Positions 27,413-36,935 are shown, numbered from the stretch's first letter. The stretch: 64,000 bases of DNA from Acidimicrobiales bacterium (GCA_965208785.1 OZ242356.1:114202-178201), one strand, 5' to 3'. Made by a program: numbers and translations. The notes: generated by a model not told the origin, from the sequence alone.

Positions 27413-28687
27413 CTAAGCGCCGAGCAGCGCTGCGGGGATGACTCCGATGCCGTCTCGGCGGCGGTAGGCCTCGTTGCCGGTGCTGATGACTGCGGCGTCG
27501 AGCAGGTTGTCGCCGATCCGGTCCGCCAGCCAGCGCAGGTGCCGGACATCGTCGTCGACGACGGCGGCAGCGAGCTTGACTTCCAGCGCGACGACGCTGC
27601 CGTCGCGTCGTTCGACGATCAGGTCCACTTCCTGTTCGCCGCCGCGGGTGCGCAGATGCGAGACGCGCGCTCGCGAGGCTTGCGCGTAGACGCGCACCGA
27701 TTGGGCCACGAGCGACTCGAACAGGTGGCCCAGCAGCGTGCCGTCGCGTTGGGTTGCCTGCGGTGTGGCTATGCCGTCGAGCAGGGCCTCGGCGCCGATG
27801 CCCAAGCTGCTCATGGCGAGCGCGGGGTCGGCGAGATGGTGCTTGGGCGATGCCGCCAAGCGGCGCAGGCGGCTGCGGGTGGGCAGCCAGGCCGGCAGTT
27901 CCTCGACGATCCACATCTGCTCCATGACCCGCCGGTATACGGCGACGGTGGCCATCGACGGCGGGTCGCCGGCGCCGGGTGTGGCTGCGTCGCGTATCGA
28001 GGTGTAGGCGGCGGTCGTTGCGGTTGCGGCGGCGAATGCCTCCAGCCAGCGTCGCAGCGATGCGCGGTCTCGCACGCCGGTGCCGAGCTCGTCGATGTCG
28101 TGCTCCACGACGCGGTCGAGGTAGCTGCCGATCTGGCGTTCCCGTAGGCCCCGGTCGAGTTCGCGGATGGCGGGAAAGCCTGACCGCTCGATCTCCAGCG
28201 CATAATCGGAGAGCTTCATGGCCGAGCGGCCTGCCAATGGGGGCCGGCTGCCGCTCAGCAGTTCGGCCAGGCTGACCGTCGGTTCTGTGATGCCTCGTTC
28301 TGCCAGTGACATCGGGCGCATCCGCAGTGTGACCATACGGCCGGCGCCCGAGTGCGTCGGCCGCGTCGCCGGAGCGGCTGAGCCGGTGAGCAGGAAGCGC
28401 GCCGTGCCAGGATCAGCGTCGACGCGGCGCCGGACCATGTCCCACGAGTCGGGATAGCGCTGCCATTCGTCGATCAGAATCGGGGGGCGGCCAGCGAGCA
28501 GGCGCTCGGGATCGCCCCGCACGACGGCCAGTTGCCTGCCGTCGTCGAGTCGGTGAACCGTGCGAGCGCGCCGCAGGGCCGTCTCAGTCTTGCCCACAGC
28601 ACGCGGCCCCTCGATGACCACCGCAGGCAGGCCGCCGGCGAGCATGTCCAGCTCCGTGTCCACGATGCGAGGCAGATATGCATCCAC
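27413..28687 (-). CDS. AAA ATPase with C-terminal PD-(D/E)xK-like domain (COG1373 / DUF4143 type)
   Basis: Walker A GPRAVGKT, Walker B ILIDEWQ, and C-terminal EVDLIVE...ALEVK. GTG start at 28687. Confidence 0.85.
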   Translation of the reverse strand: MDAYLPRIVDTELDMLAGGLPAVVIEGPRAVGKTETALRRARTVHRLDDGRQLAVVRGDPERLLAGRPPILIDEWQRYPDSWDMVRRRVDADPGTARFLLTGSAAPATRPTHSGAGRMVTLRMRPMSLAERGITEPTVSLAELLSGSRPPLAGRSAMKLSDYALEIERSGFPAIRELDRGLRERQIGSYLDRVVEHDIDELGTGVRDRASLRRWLEAFAAATATTAAYTSIRDAATPGAGDPPSMATVAVYRRVMEQMWIVEELPAWLPTRSRLRRLAASPKHHLADPALAMSSLGIGAEALLDGIATPQATQRDGTLLGHLFESLVAQSVRVYAQASRARVSHLRTRGGEQEVDLIVERRDGSVVALEVKLAAAVVDDDVRHLRWLADRIGDNLLDAAVISTGNEAYRRRDGIGVIPAALLGA

Positions 28688-28690
28688 GCT

Positions 28691-28759
28691 GGCAAGTCTA
28701 CGTATCGGACGGCTCGAACTATGCGAATCGGACGGTCCCAGCTATATGGATCGGACAGT
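28691..28759 (-). repeat. three 23-bp-phased direct repeats directly upstream of the ATPase gene (array A)
   Basis: Core ATCGGAC(G/A)G on the + strand at 28704, 28727 and 28750. The proximal unit carries TAGACT 7 nt before GTG 28687. Confidence 0.9.
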
Positions 28760-28929
28760 ATGGCTGCGAAGCGGGCCGCGTTCTTGGAGGCATCGGATCG
28801 GCTGCGGCAGACGCGGTCGCCCCGACCGAGCATCGCTAGTCCATCCTGACGCCGGCCGACTGCACACGGACACGGTAACGGGCCACCCTGCTTCAACAAC
28901 TCGAGCCGGCGCGGTAGCGGGTGCGCCGG

Positions 28930-29055
28930 TTAGGACCACAGGGTGCTGATGGGAAGGGCCCATAATGCCCGCGGCCCGACTATCGACACGGCGGGAAGCT
29001 CAGCGAGATACTCGGCGATGAGTGGATCTACCAACCGCTTGCGGTAAGTGCTCAC
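28930..29055 (-). pseudogene. 5' fragment of a second DUF4143-type ATPase gene
   Basis: VSTYRKRLVDPLIAEYLAELPAVSIVGPRA aligns with DAYLPRIVDTELDMLAGGLPAVVIEGPRA of the intact gene. Similarity is lost inside Walker A and the frame stops 12 codons later. Confidence 0.7.
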
Positions 29056-29062
29056 CGCACCA

Positions 29063-29131
29063 TACTACCGATTTTCGACACCCAGGAATGCTGATTTTCG
29101 ACACCCTATGATGTCGGTTTTCGACACCCAA
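29063..29131 (-). repeat. three 23-bp-phased direct repeats directly upstream of the ATPase pseudogene (array B)
   Basis: Core TTTTCGACACCC on the + strand at 29072, 29095 and 29118. The proximal unit carries TAGTAT 6 nt before GTG 29055. Confidence 0.9.
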
Positions 29132-29199
29132 GACACCCCGTTGCCGACAGCACATGAGTCGACACCACTGAGCTTCCCATCCCAGATTCCCGCGAAGGC

Positions 29200-29553
29200 T
29201 CAATAAAGGTTCAGACGACCATCCTCGAACCGGGCCGCCATTTCGATCTGAGCACCTCCGACTCCTTCATCGCGCACGCCTCCATCAAGGGTGCCGTCGG
29301 CAAACATGTCGTGAATGATTCCAGCCGCGGTGATTACCACTCGGTTGCCCGCCTGCTCATTGCGCTCGATGTGGCCCTTCAGCGGTCCCCGGTACACCTG
29401 CCACACCCCGCGTAGGTCAGGGGCGCCGTCGGACAGCGGCTCGTCGCAACCGGCCAGCACCAGCGGCGGCCACTCCCGCCACCGACCGGGGGGCGTTCGG
29501 ACAATCGGCAAGTCGACCGCCTTGGTGGTCGCCGACTCGAGATTCGCCGCCAA
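29200..29553 (-). CDS. hypothetical protein
   Basis: 117-aa protein-like ORF (DLRGVWQVYRGPLKGHIERNEQAGNRVVITAAGIIHDMF). No family recognised. Confidence 0.5.
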   Translation of the reverse strand: MAANLESATTKAVDLPIVRTPPGRWREWPPLVLAGCDEPLSDGAPDLRGVWQVYRGPLKGHIERNEQAGNRVVITAAGIIHDMFADGTLDGGVRDEGVGGAQIEMAARFEDGRLNLY

Positions 29554-29803
29554 CTCCGGCAGGAGGTAGTGCTCGCTTCCGACCGGGGTCCGGTCACGGG
29601 TGACGCCGCACCCGAAGCGGTGCCGCCGCCATTGAACCCAGAGCCTTCACCACATCGCCTATTCGCATCGCCGACTCCCCAAATCAATCGCGTTCAACAC
29701 TGGCATTAGATATTGGCATCAATACTGGCCGAGGTGGGCGGCGATCGCGACGGCAACCCCAGTGTCGCTGTCGAAGTGCTCTGGCATCTGTGGGAGAACC
29801 GGG

Positions 29804-30220
29804 TTAGAGGGCTGCGTCGATGCACTGCACCGGGCCGTCCCAGGCCAGCATGTCTCTGTCCAAGGTGAGCAGCGGGCACTCCTGGACAAGCGCGGTGGCC
29901 AGGATGAACCGGTCTGCGGTGTCATTGGTGGCCAGTCCCAGTTCCCCCAGTCGAGCGGCCTGCTCCGCTTCCAGCGACCCAAGAGGCAGGTCTCTGATCC
30001 CCGCGGCTGCCATTCGCAGCCGGAGAAGAGTCACGTTGGCCTCTACGGCCAACCGCCGTTTGGCTTGCAGCAGGGCCAGTTCCCAGTAGGTGATGGCGCT
30101 GACCACTGCCTCGCCTCGTCGAGACGCACGGTCAACGCGTTGGATGGTCTGGGCCCCGAGTTTGCCGTCAGCCAGCCCCCAGCAGAAGCGGAGCACCACG
30201 TTTGTATCGAGTAGCAGCAT
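29804..30220 (-). CDS. vapC: PIN-domain toxin
   Basis: Begins MLLLDTNVVL and contains ...TADRFILATA...LLTLDRD. TGATG overlap with the upstream antitoxin. Confidence 0.85.
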   Translation of the reverse strand: MLLLDTNVVLRFCWGLADGKLGAQTIQRVDRASRRGEAVVSAITYWELALLQAKRRLAVEANVTLLRLRMAAAGIRDLPLGSLEAEQAARLGELGLATNDTADRFILATALVQECPLLTLDRDMLAWDGPVQCIDAAL

Positions 30221-30561
30221 CAGCCATCAGGCTCAGACGGGCCGACAACGAGGCTGGGCTCTTTCTCGTCCCAGCTGGCGAGGATCTCGTTGACCACCTC
30301 CTCATGGCTGGGCGATACGTCCGCTTCGTCGAAATCGAACCCATCGGGTAGCGAGATGATGTCCCGGCAAAAGCCGAATAGCGACCCGGAGTATTCGGCG
30401 AGGGGTGATCGGGGTGGTCGAACCTCAGCCACTGGCCGCCCGTTCTTGGTTATGACGATTTCTTGACCGTCCCTCACCGCCTCCAAGAGCGGGCCGCAAT
30501 TGGCCCGGAACTCGCTGACCGGCACAGTGACCGCTGAAACGGGATCTTTGGCAAGCGCCAT
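30220..30561 (-). CDS. Phd/YefM-type antitoxin
   Basis: Contains VPVSEFRANCGPLLEAVRDGQEIVITKNGRPVAEV. Confidence 0.8.
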   Translation of the reverse strand: MALAKDPVSAVTVPVSEFRANCGPLLEAVRDGQEIVITKNGRPVAEVRPPRSPLAEYSGSLFGFCRDIISLPDGFDFDEADVSPSHEEVVNEILASWDEKEPSLVVGPSEPDG

Positions 30562-30589
30562 TGGGTCAGGCTAGCTGCTTTGCTAATTA

Positions 30590-30605
30590 TGTACAACAAC
30601 GTACA
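30590..30605 (-). promoter_or_regulatory. palindromic operator candidate TGTAC-N6-GTACA upstream of the antitoxin
   Basis: Read directly. Overlaps an ATAATT/CATAAT -10-like hexamer on the minus strand. Confidence 0.45.
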
Positions 30606-30668
30606 GAATAGTTTGATGACAGAAGGTTGCACGCCTACTCCCAGTTGGTTCTCGGTACCTTGATACGT

Positions 30669-33392
30669 ATGGCTTCGGCTGACCACCTCGATCAAATCGA
30701 CTCGGCGCTTCGCAACGACATCAGGCGGCTGGGCAACCAGCTCGGCGATGCCCTGGTGCGACAGCACGGCCCTGAGTTGCTGGAGCGCGTCGAACAAGTG
30801 CGGGCCATGGCCCGGGGACTGCGACGCGACGAGGAGTCGGGAGCGGCCCTGGCCGAGGTGCTCGACGATGTGGATGTGGTGGAGGCCATCCGCCTGGTAA
30901 GGGCGTTCACGGTCTACTTTCACCTGGCTAACACCGCCGAGCAGGTCCACCGCATTGAGGATCTCAACGCCGGTGGCCTTGTCGGCAGCCTCCGCTTCGC
31001 TGACACGGTGGCCAAGCTCCGAGACCTTGGCATCGATGCGGCTGAGATTGTGGCCGCCACCCGAGGTGCCGACCTTCGCCCGGTGTTCACCGCTCATCCC
31101 ACCGAGGCTTCCCGCCGGTCGATTCTCGACAAGCTGAACGAGATCGCCGTTCTCATTGAGCGTCGCAGCGAGACCGGCGGCGGGCCGGCCGGCCGGGGCC
31201 GGATCGATCGCCGCGTCGACGAGCTCATCGACGCCATCTGGCAAACCGACGAGCTTCGCCGGGAGCGGCCCGATCCTGTTGACGAGGCCCGCTCCATCCT
31301 CTACTTCCTCACCGAGATCGCCGCTGACGGGGTGCCCGAGCTGTTCGACGACGTCGATGCTGTGTTGCGATCGATCGGGGGCTCGCTGGACGGGCCCCAG
31401 GTGCCGGTGCGGTTCGGGTCGTGGGTGGGCGGCGATCGCGATGGCAACCCCAATGTCACCCCCGAGACAACGCTGGAGGTGCTGGCCTTTCAGCGGGGAC
31501 GGGCGCTGCGCCTGCTGGTGGCCGAGGTGGAAGAGTTGTCGTCGGAACTGTCGGTTAGCACCGCCGTTACCGCCATCACCCCTGAATTGCAGGCCCAGAT
31601 CGAAGCCGACCGCGACGACTTTCCCGACGTGGTGTCCCGATTCAGCAAGTTGAGCGCCGGCGAGCCCTACCGGCAGCGCTGTTCGGTGATTCACCAGCGC
31701 CTGTTGGAAGCCGCCGCCCAGCCTCCCGGACCGAGGGCCTATGGGTCGCCCGCCGACATGGAGGCCGACCTGGCCGCCATGGCCCGCTCGCTCGAAGTCA
31801 ACGGGGGATCGCTGATGGCCAGCGGCCGCTTGGCCCGGGTCCGGCGGATCCTGGCCATGGTCGGATTCCACCTCGCCACCCTCGACATCCGCGAGAACGC
31901 CGCGGCCCACCACGAGGCATTGGCGGAGCTGTTCGCCGAGTTGGGCACCGAATACCTGGCGCTCTCCCGTTCGGACCGCACCGCGCTGTTGGCCGCCGAA
32001 CTGGAAAGCCGCCGGCCCCTGGCCCCTCCCGCGGGGTCGAGCGCCCAGGGCTCTCTGGCTCTGTTCGCGGCCCTGCGAAAAGCCTTCGACCGCCACGGCG
32101 ACGGCGTGATCGAGAGCTACATCGTCTCCATGACCCACGGCGTTGACGACGTGCTGGCCCCCGCGGTGCTGGCCCGCGAGGTCGGCCTGGTGGACATCCC
32201 CGGAGGCGTCGCCCGAATTGGCTTCGTGCCGCTATTCGAGACCATCGACGACCTCCGGGGGATCGGGCCCATGCTCCGGGAGCTGTTGGCCGCACCCGCC
32301 TACCGTCGCCTGGTGCAGCTCAGGGGCAACAGGCAAGAGGTGATGGTCGGCTACTCCGACTCCAACAAGGACGGCGGCATCACCACCTCGCAGTGGGAGA
32401 TCCACAAGGCGCTGCGGGAGATCGCCGAGGTCTCGGCCGAGACCGGAATCAAGGTGGTTGTGTTCCACGGCCGGGGCGGCACCGTGGGGCGAGGGGGCGG
32501 GCCCACCAACGCGGCCATCTTGTCGCAACCAGCCGGGGTGGTGGCCGGAGCGATGAAGATCACCGAGCAGGGCGAGGTGATCGCCGACAAGTACGGCCTG
32601 CCCCGCCTGGCCCAGCGCAACCTGGATCTCGCCCTGTCGGCGGTGCTGGAGGCCACTCTCGCCCACCAGAGCCCCCGTCACGGCCGCGGCGGCATCGATG
32701 CCTGGAACGATGTCATGGAACTCATGTCGACCAGCGCCTATCAGGCGTACCGCAGCTTGCTCGACACCCCCGGCTTTGTGGAGTACTTCCAGGCCTCGAC
32801 CCCCGTAGAAGAGCTGACCGCCATGAACATCGGCTCCCGACCGGCTCATCGTTCGGGATCAAAGGCTGGCATCGACGATCTCCGAGCCATCCCCTGGGTG
32901 TTCGGGTGGACCCAGTCGCGGCAGATCATCCCCGGCTGGTTCGGGGTGGGCACGGCTCTGGCTGCGGTTGACGAGGCCGGCAGCGAAGAACTGCTCCCGG
33001 CCATGTACGAAGGCTGGCAGTTCTTTCGCACGTTTGTCTCCAACGTGGAGATGACTTTGGTCAAGACCGATCTGGCCATTGCCGGGCACTATGTCAATCG
33101 CCTCGTCGCCCCTGAACTCCATCACTTCTTCAACACAATTGTTGAAGAGCACGATCTCACCGTCGCCCACATCGCCAAGCTGACCGGCGGCGAACTGCTC
33201 GGCGATCTTCCGGTGCTCAAGCGGACCTTGGCCGTTCGTGATGCCTACCTCGACCCCATAAGCGTGCTGCAAGCAGAACTGCTGGCCCGTTCGCGGGCCA
33301 AACTGGGCTTGCAAGATGACAGCCGTCGCATTCAGCGGGCCCTCCTGCTGACCGTGAATGGAGTCGCCGCCGGCATGCGCAACACCGGCTGA
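30669..33392 (+). CDS. ppc: phosphoenolpyruvate carboxylase
   Basis: VGYSDSNKDGG signature, C-terminal ...MRNTG. About 907 aa from MASADHLDQ. Confidence 0.95.
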   Translation: MASADHLDQIDSALRNDIRRLGNQLGDALVRQHGPELLERVEQVRAMARGLRRDEESGAALAEVLDDVDVVEAIRLVRAFTVYFHLANTAEQVHRIEDLNAGGLVGSLRFADTVAKLRDLGIDAAEIVAATRGADLRPVFTAHPTEASRRSILDKLNEIAVLIERRSETGGGPAGRGRIDRRVDELIDAIWQTDELRRERPDPVDEARSILYFLTEIAADGVPELFDDVDAVLRSIGGSLDGPQVPVRFGSWVGGDRDGNPNVTPETTLEVLAFQRGRALRLLVAEVEELSSELSVSTAVTAITPELQAQIEADRDDFPDVVSRFSKLSAGEPYRQRCSVIHQRLLEAAAQPPGPRAYGSPADMEADLAAMARSLEVNGGSLMASGRLARVRRILAMVGFHLATLDIRENAAAHHEALAELFAELGTEYLALSRSDRTALLAAELESRRPLAPPAGSSAQGSLALFAALRKAFDRHGDGVIESYIVSMTHGVDDVLAPAVLAREVGLVDIPGGVARIGFVPLFETIDDLRGIGPMLRELLAAPAYRRLVQLRGNRQEVMVGYSDSNKDGGITTSQWEIHKALREIAEVSAETGIKVVVFHGRGGTVGRGGGPTNAAILSQPAGVVAGAMKITEQGEVIADKYGLPRLAQRNLDLALSAVLEATLAHQSPRHGRGGIDAWNDVMELMSTSAYQAYRSLLDTPGFVEYFQASTPVEELTAMNIGSRPAHRSGSKAGIDDLRAIPWVFGWTQSRQIIPGWFGVGTALAAVDEAGSEELLPAMYEGWQFFRTFVSNVEMTLVKTDLAIAGHYVNRLVAPELHHFFNTIVEEHDLTVAHIAKLTGGELLGDLPVLKRTLAVRDAYLDPISVLQAELLARSRAKLGLQDDSRRIQRALLLTVNGVAAGMRNTG

Positions 33393-33526
33393 GGTTCTGA
33401 GCTTCAGTCGCACATTCCCAGGAGCCCGGCGACGAATCACGGAGTCGCAGGTACATTGTCACTGTGCTCCTCATCGGCTACCGCAAGCCCAAAGCCGAGA
33501 TGCCCAAGCCAATCGAACTGTAGGCA

Positions 33527-35161
33527 GTGCCGGACCTCAACTGCGTGACATCGCTATCACCGGCCTCTCGGTCCGGTCTGCTGGCCAGGCTGGGGAGCGA
33601 GCGGTTCGACCTCTTGATCGTCGGAGGGGGAATAACCGGTGCGGGCGTGGCCCGCGACGCAGCCCATCGCGGTCTGCGGGTGGCGCTGGTTGAGAAGGAC
33701 GACTTCGCCGCCGGCACGTCGTCGCGCTCGTCCAAGTTGATTCACGGCGGGCTGCGGTACTTGGCCATGGGCGAGGTCGGGATGGTGCGCGAGACCGCTC
33801 GTGAACGCCAGGCTGTACACCAGATGGCCCCGCATCTGGCCGAGCCGTGCTGGATGGTGGTGCCCGCTCGCAACCGGGCCAGCCTGATGAAGTTTCGAGC
33901 CGGGATCAGCACCTACGAGAAGCTCGGGGCCGTCGAAGACGCCGACCGCAACCTCAGCTGGGATCGCGGCGCCCTCGCCGAGCACGAGCCCTGCCTGCGC
34001 CGGGACGAATTTCCCTGGGCGTGCGCCTACCGGGAGTATTTGACCGACGACGCCCGGCTGGTGCTGGCCGTGCTGCGCGACGCGGTGGGTGCCGGGGCCC
34101 AAGTGGCCGGCCGGCTGCCGGTGGTGGATGTGATCTGGGAAGGCAGGCAAGTAGACGGGGTGGTGGCGGCGTGCGAGGTGAGCGGTGATCGGGTGGAGAT
34201 CCGCGCCGACGCAGTGGTGAATGCCACCGGGCCCTGGGTGGAGCGCTTAGCCCAATTCGAGGAAGAGGCCGACACTGACCGGCTCCATCCCTCCAAGGGC
34301 GTGCACGTGGTGGTAGACGCCGCCCGGCTGCCGGTGCGGAACTTGGTGATCATGTCGACACCCGACAAGCGCAGCGTCTTCGTGCTGCCTCGGGGCGACG
34401 CGGTGGCCATCGGCACCACCGACACCAGCTACGAGGGCAAACAGCTCCTGTGGCCCGAGATCGAGCGGTCCGACGTGGCGTATCTGCTACAACCGCTCAA
34501 GCGCTACCTCGACGTCGAGCCGCTGGGTTTCGACGACGTGGTGGCCGCTTGGTCAGGCGTGCGCCCCCTGGTGGCACAACAGGGTAAGGAGGCCACTGAG
34601 ATCTCCCGCAAAGAAGAGGTATGGGTGGGAACCGGGGGCATGATCACCGTGGCCGGCGGCAAGCTCACCGGCTTTCGCACGATGGCCATGACGGTGCTGG
34701 TCTTTGTGGCTGAGCGGTTGGGTCGATCGCTGGGATCAAGCCCGGGGCCCAACCCGATCCCCGGCGGCAACCTCTCATCGGAACTCGATGCCTGTGCCGC
34801 ATCGGTAGTTACGGCCACTGGCGTCGAACGGCCGTTGGCCGACCGGTTGGTGCGGCTCTATGGGGACGAGGCCAGTCAGGTGCTGGCCTTGGGCCATCAA
34901 CCAATCCTCCCTGGCGGGCGGGTGGTGGCCGGCGAGGTCGACTGGGCGGTGAAGGTGGATGGAGCTCTGACCCTTGAAGATCTGATCTATCGCCGCACCC
35001 GAGCCGCCTGGTACACGCCCGCTGAACGGGACGACCTGCTCGCCCCGGCGGCGTCGCTGATGGGCGATCTGCTGGGGTGGGACGAGGCCCGCATCATCTC
35101 AGAGATCGATGCCGTTCGAGCCCGCTTCGCCAGCGAACTCGAATTCAAAGCGAACGCCTGA
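33527..35161 (+). CDS. glpD: FAD-dependent glycerol-3-phosphate dehydrogenase
   Basis: Contains FDLLIVGGGITGAGVARDAAHRGLRVALVEKDDFAAGTSSRSSKLIHGGLRYL. Confidence 0.9.
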   Translation: MPDLNCVTSLSPASRSGLLARLGSERFDLLIVGGGITGAGVARDAAHRGLRVALVEKDDFAAGTSSRSSKLIHGGLRYLAMGEVGMVRETARERQAVHQMAPHLAEPCWMVVPARNRASLMKFRAGISTYEKLGAVEDADRNLSWDRGALAEHEPCLRRDEFPWACAYREYLTDDARLVLAVLRDAVGAGAQVAGRLPVVDVIWEGRQVDGVVAACEVSGDRVEIRADAVVNATGPWVERLAQFEEEADTDRLHPSKGVHVVVDAARLPVRNLVIMSTPDKRSVFVLPRGDAVAIGTTDTSYEGKQLLWPEIERSDVAYLLQPLKRYLDVEPLGFDDVVAAWSGVRPLVAQQGKEATEISRKEEVWVGTGGMITVAGGKLTGFRTMAMTVLVFVAERLGRSLGSSPGPNPIPGGNLSSELDACAASVVTATGVERPLADRLVRLYGDEASQVLALGHQPILPGGRVVAGEVDWAVKVDGALTLEDLIYRRTRAAWYTPAERDDLLAPAASLMGDLLGWDEARIISEIDAVRARFASELEFKANA

Positions 35162-36552
35162 TGGCCCTCATAGACGAACTCGCCAGCCTGCTGGGCGACA
35201 ATCTTCTCCTCGACGACAAGGCCCGCCACAGCAGAGCCCGCGACACCTGGCCACGCTCCGAGTTCGACCAGTGGCAGGACCGGCTAGTGCTGCCGGTTGC
35301 GGTGGCGGTGCCGTCAAGCACTGAGCAGTTGTCTGCAACCGTGCAGTTGTGCCGGTCACACCGCGCCCCGATGATCCCCCGAGGAGCAGGATCGGGATGC
35401 GTGGGCGGTGTGCTGGCGTCAACCAACTCGGTGGTGATCAGCACCGAGCGCCTGAGCGGACTGCGGTGGCTTGACCCGGTGGACGGCCTGGCCGCATTCG
35501 GCGCTGGCACAATGGGCATCGACGCCGAGAACCGAGTGCGGGAAGACGGATTCACCATCGGACACTGGCCCCAGTCGATCGAGATCTCCTCGGTCGGCGG
35601 TTGGGTGGCCACCCGGGCATCCGGCCAGTACTCCACCGCCTACGGCAACATCGAAGACATCGTGTATGCGGTTGAGGCGGTGTTGCCCGACGGGTCGATC
35701 TACCGGTCGCGCCCCACCCCCCGGGCATCGGCCGGACCCGATCTGCGGGAGTTGCTGCTGGGCAGCGAGGGCACGCTCGGGATCATCACCGAGGTGACCT
35801 TCTCGCTGCGACCGCTCCCCGAACCGGGGGTGCGCCAGGCCTTCCACTTCGAGGACATGAGTGCGGGGATCGATGCGGTGCGCAGCGTGATCGTCCCCGG
35901 CTGGCGGCCCCCGGTGGTGCGCCTCTACGATGCCGGCGAATCGCGCCGCCACTTCCGCGACCACGTACCCAAGGGCCGCTGCATGGCCATCTTCTTGCAT
36001 GAGGGACCGCCCGGGCACGCCGCGCTGGAGGGCGCCGCGGTGGCAGAGCTGTGCCAGGCTGGCGGTGGAGAACAGGCCGACCCCGGTGCAGTGGATCACT
36101 GGTTCGAGCACCGCAACACGGTGCCGACTTGGACCGAGCTATTCGAACAGAGCCTGGTGGCCGACACCATCGAGGTGGCCACCGGCTGGCGCCATCTGGC
36201 CCACCTCTACACCGCGGTTATCGAAGCCATCAACGCGGTGCCCACGGTGATCGCGGCCACCGCCCACACATCACACGCCTACCAATCCGGGGCCAACCTC
36301 TACTTCACCTTTGTCGCCCAACCCTCAGATCCTGGCGAATACCAGTCGGTCCACGACGCCTGCTGGGCCGCGGCCATGCAAGCGGCCACTGACTGCGGTG
36401 CCGGCATCGCCCACCACCACGGCATCGGCCGCGTCCGCCGCCCCTGGATGACCGACGAGCTCGGCGACGCCGGCGTCAAAGTCCTGCGCTCCGTCAAGGC
36501 CGCCCTCGACCCCGACAACCTCATGAACCCCGGAGTCTTGATTCCAGACTGA
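35161..36552 (+). CDS. FAD-linked oxidase (GlcD / alkyl-DHAP-synthase-like)
   Basis: FAD_binding_4-type N-terminal half and an oxidase C-terminal half. ATG 35161 overlaps the glpD stop (TGATG). Confidence 0.8.
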   Translation: MALIDELASLLGDNLLLDDKARHSRARDTWPRSEFDQWQDRLVLPVAVAVPSSTEQLSATVQLCRSHRAPMIPRGAGSGCVGGVLASTNSVVISTERLSGLRWLDPVDGLAAFGAGTMGIDAENRVREDGFTIGHWPQSIEISSVGGWVATRASGQYSTAYGNIEDIVYAVEAVLPDGSIYRSRPTPRASAGPDLRELLLGSEGTLGIITEVTFSLRPLPEPGVRQAFHFEDMSAGIDAVRSVIVPGWRPPVVRLYDAGESRRHFRDHVPKGRCMAIFLHEGPPGHAALEGAAVAELCQAGGGEQADPGAVDHWFEHRNTVPTWTELFEQSLVADTIEVATGWRHLAHLYTAVIEAINAVPTVIAATAHTSHAYQSGANLYFTFVAQPSDPGEYQSVHDACWAAAMQAATDCGAGIAHHHGIGRVRRPWMTDELGDAGVKVLRSVKAALDPDNLMNPGVLIPD

Positions 36553-36614
36553 CCACAATCGCTCCAGCCGTTGCATTCCGAGCCGCATCAGCAAGAAACC
36601 TTGACCCCTGAGAG

Positions 36615-36935
36615 TCATGCGACTTGGACTGCATCAGTGAGCTTGTCGGGAACATCGGCTGGGAACGACAACACGAGATGCCTGTCGAGCGCCGTCGCGA
36701 CCCGGGCAAGTGTGTCGATCCGATTCTTCGCACCGCCACCCTCCTCAAGCCGAGAGATGACCGACTGAGTGGTGCCCATCCGGTCGGCAAGCTCTCGCTG
36801 GCTCAAGCCGGCTTCGGTCCGCAGTTCAAAGATGAGCTGTCCCAAATCAAGATTTTGCTCGATCCCGGCCCGCGTCTCGGCGGACAGCTCACCTTTGGTC
36901 TTCTTGATGTCTTCCCATCTGGACAGATTGGCCAT
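36615..36935 (-). CDS. higA: XRE-family HTH antitoxin
   Basis: HTH GLSQRELADRMGTTQSVISRLE. GAAGGGGG ribosome-binding site before ATG 36935. Confidence 0.8.
   Translation of the reverse strand: MANLSRWEDIKKTKGELSAETRAGIEQNLDLGQLIFELRTEAGLSQRELADRMGTTQSVISRLEEGGGAKNRIDTLARVATALDRHLVLSFPADVPDKLTDAVQVA

Noticed and set aside
29690-29735. TGGCAT-N5-ATTGGCA, reminiscent of a sigma-54 -24/-12 promoter.
   Set aside because: It does not fit the GG-N10-GC spacing or TTGC element properly. It lies at the 3' end of a vapC gene with no downstream target, and this type of organism generally lacks sigma-54.
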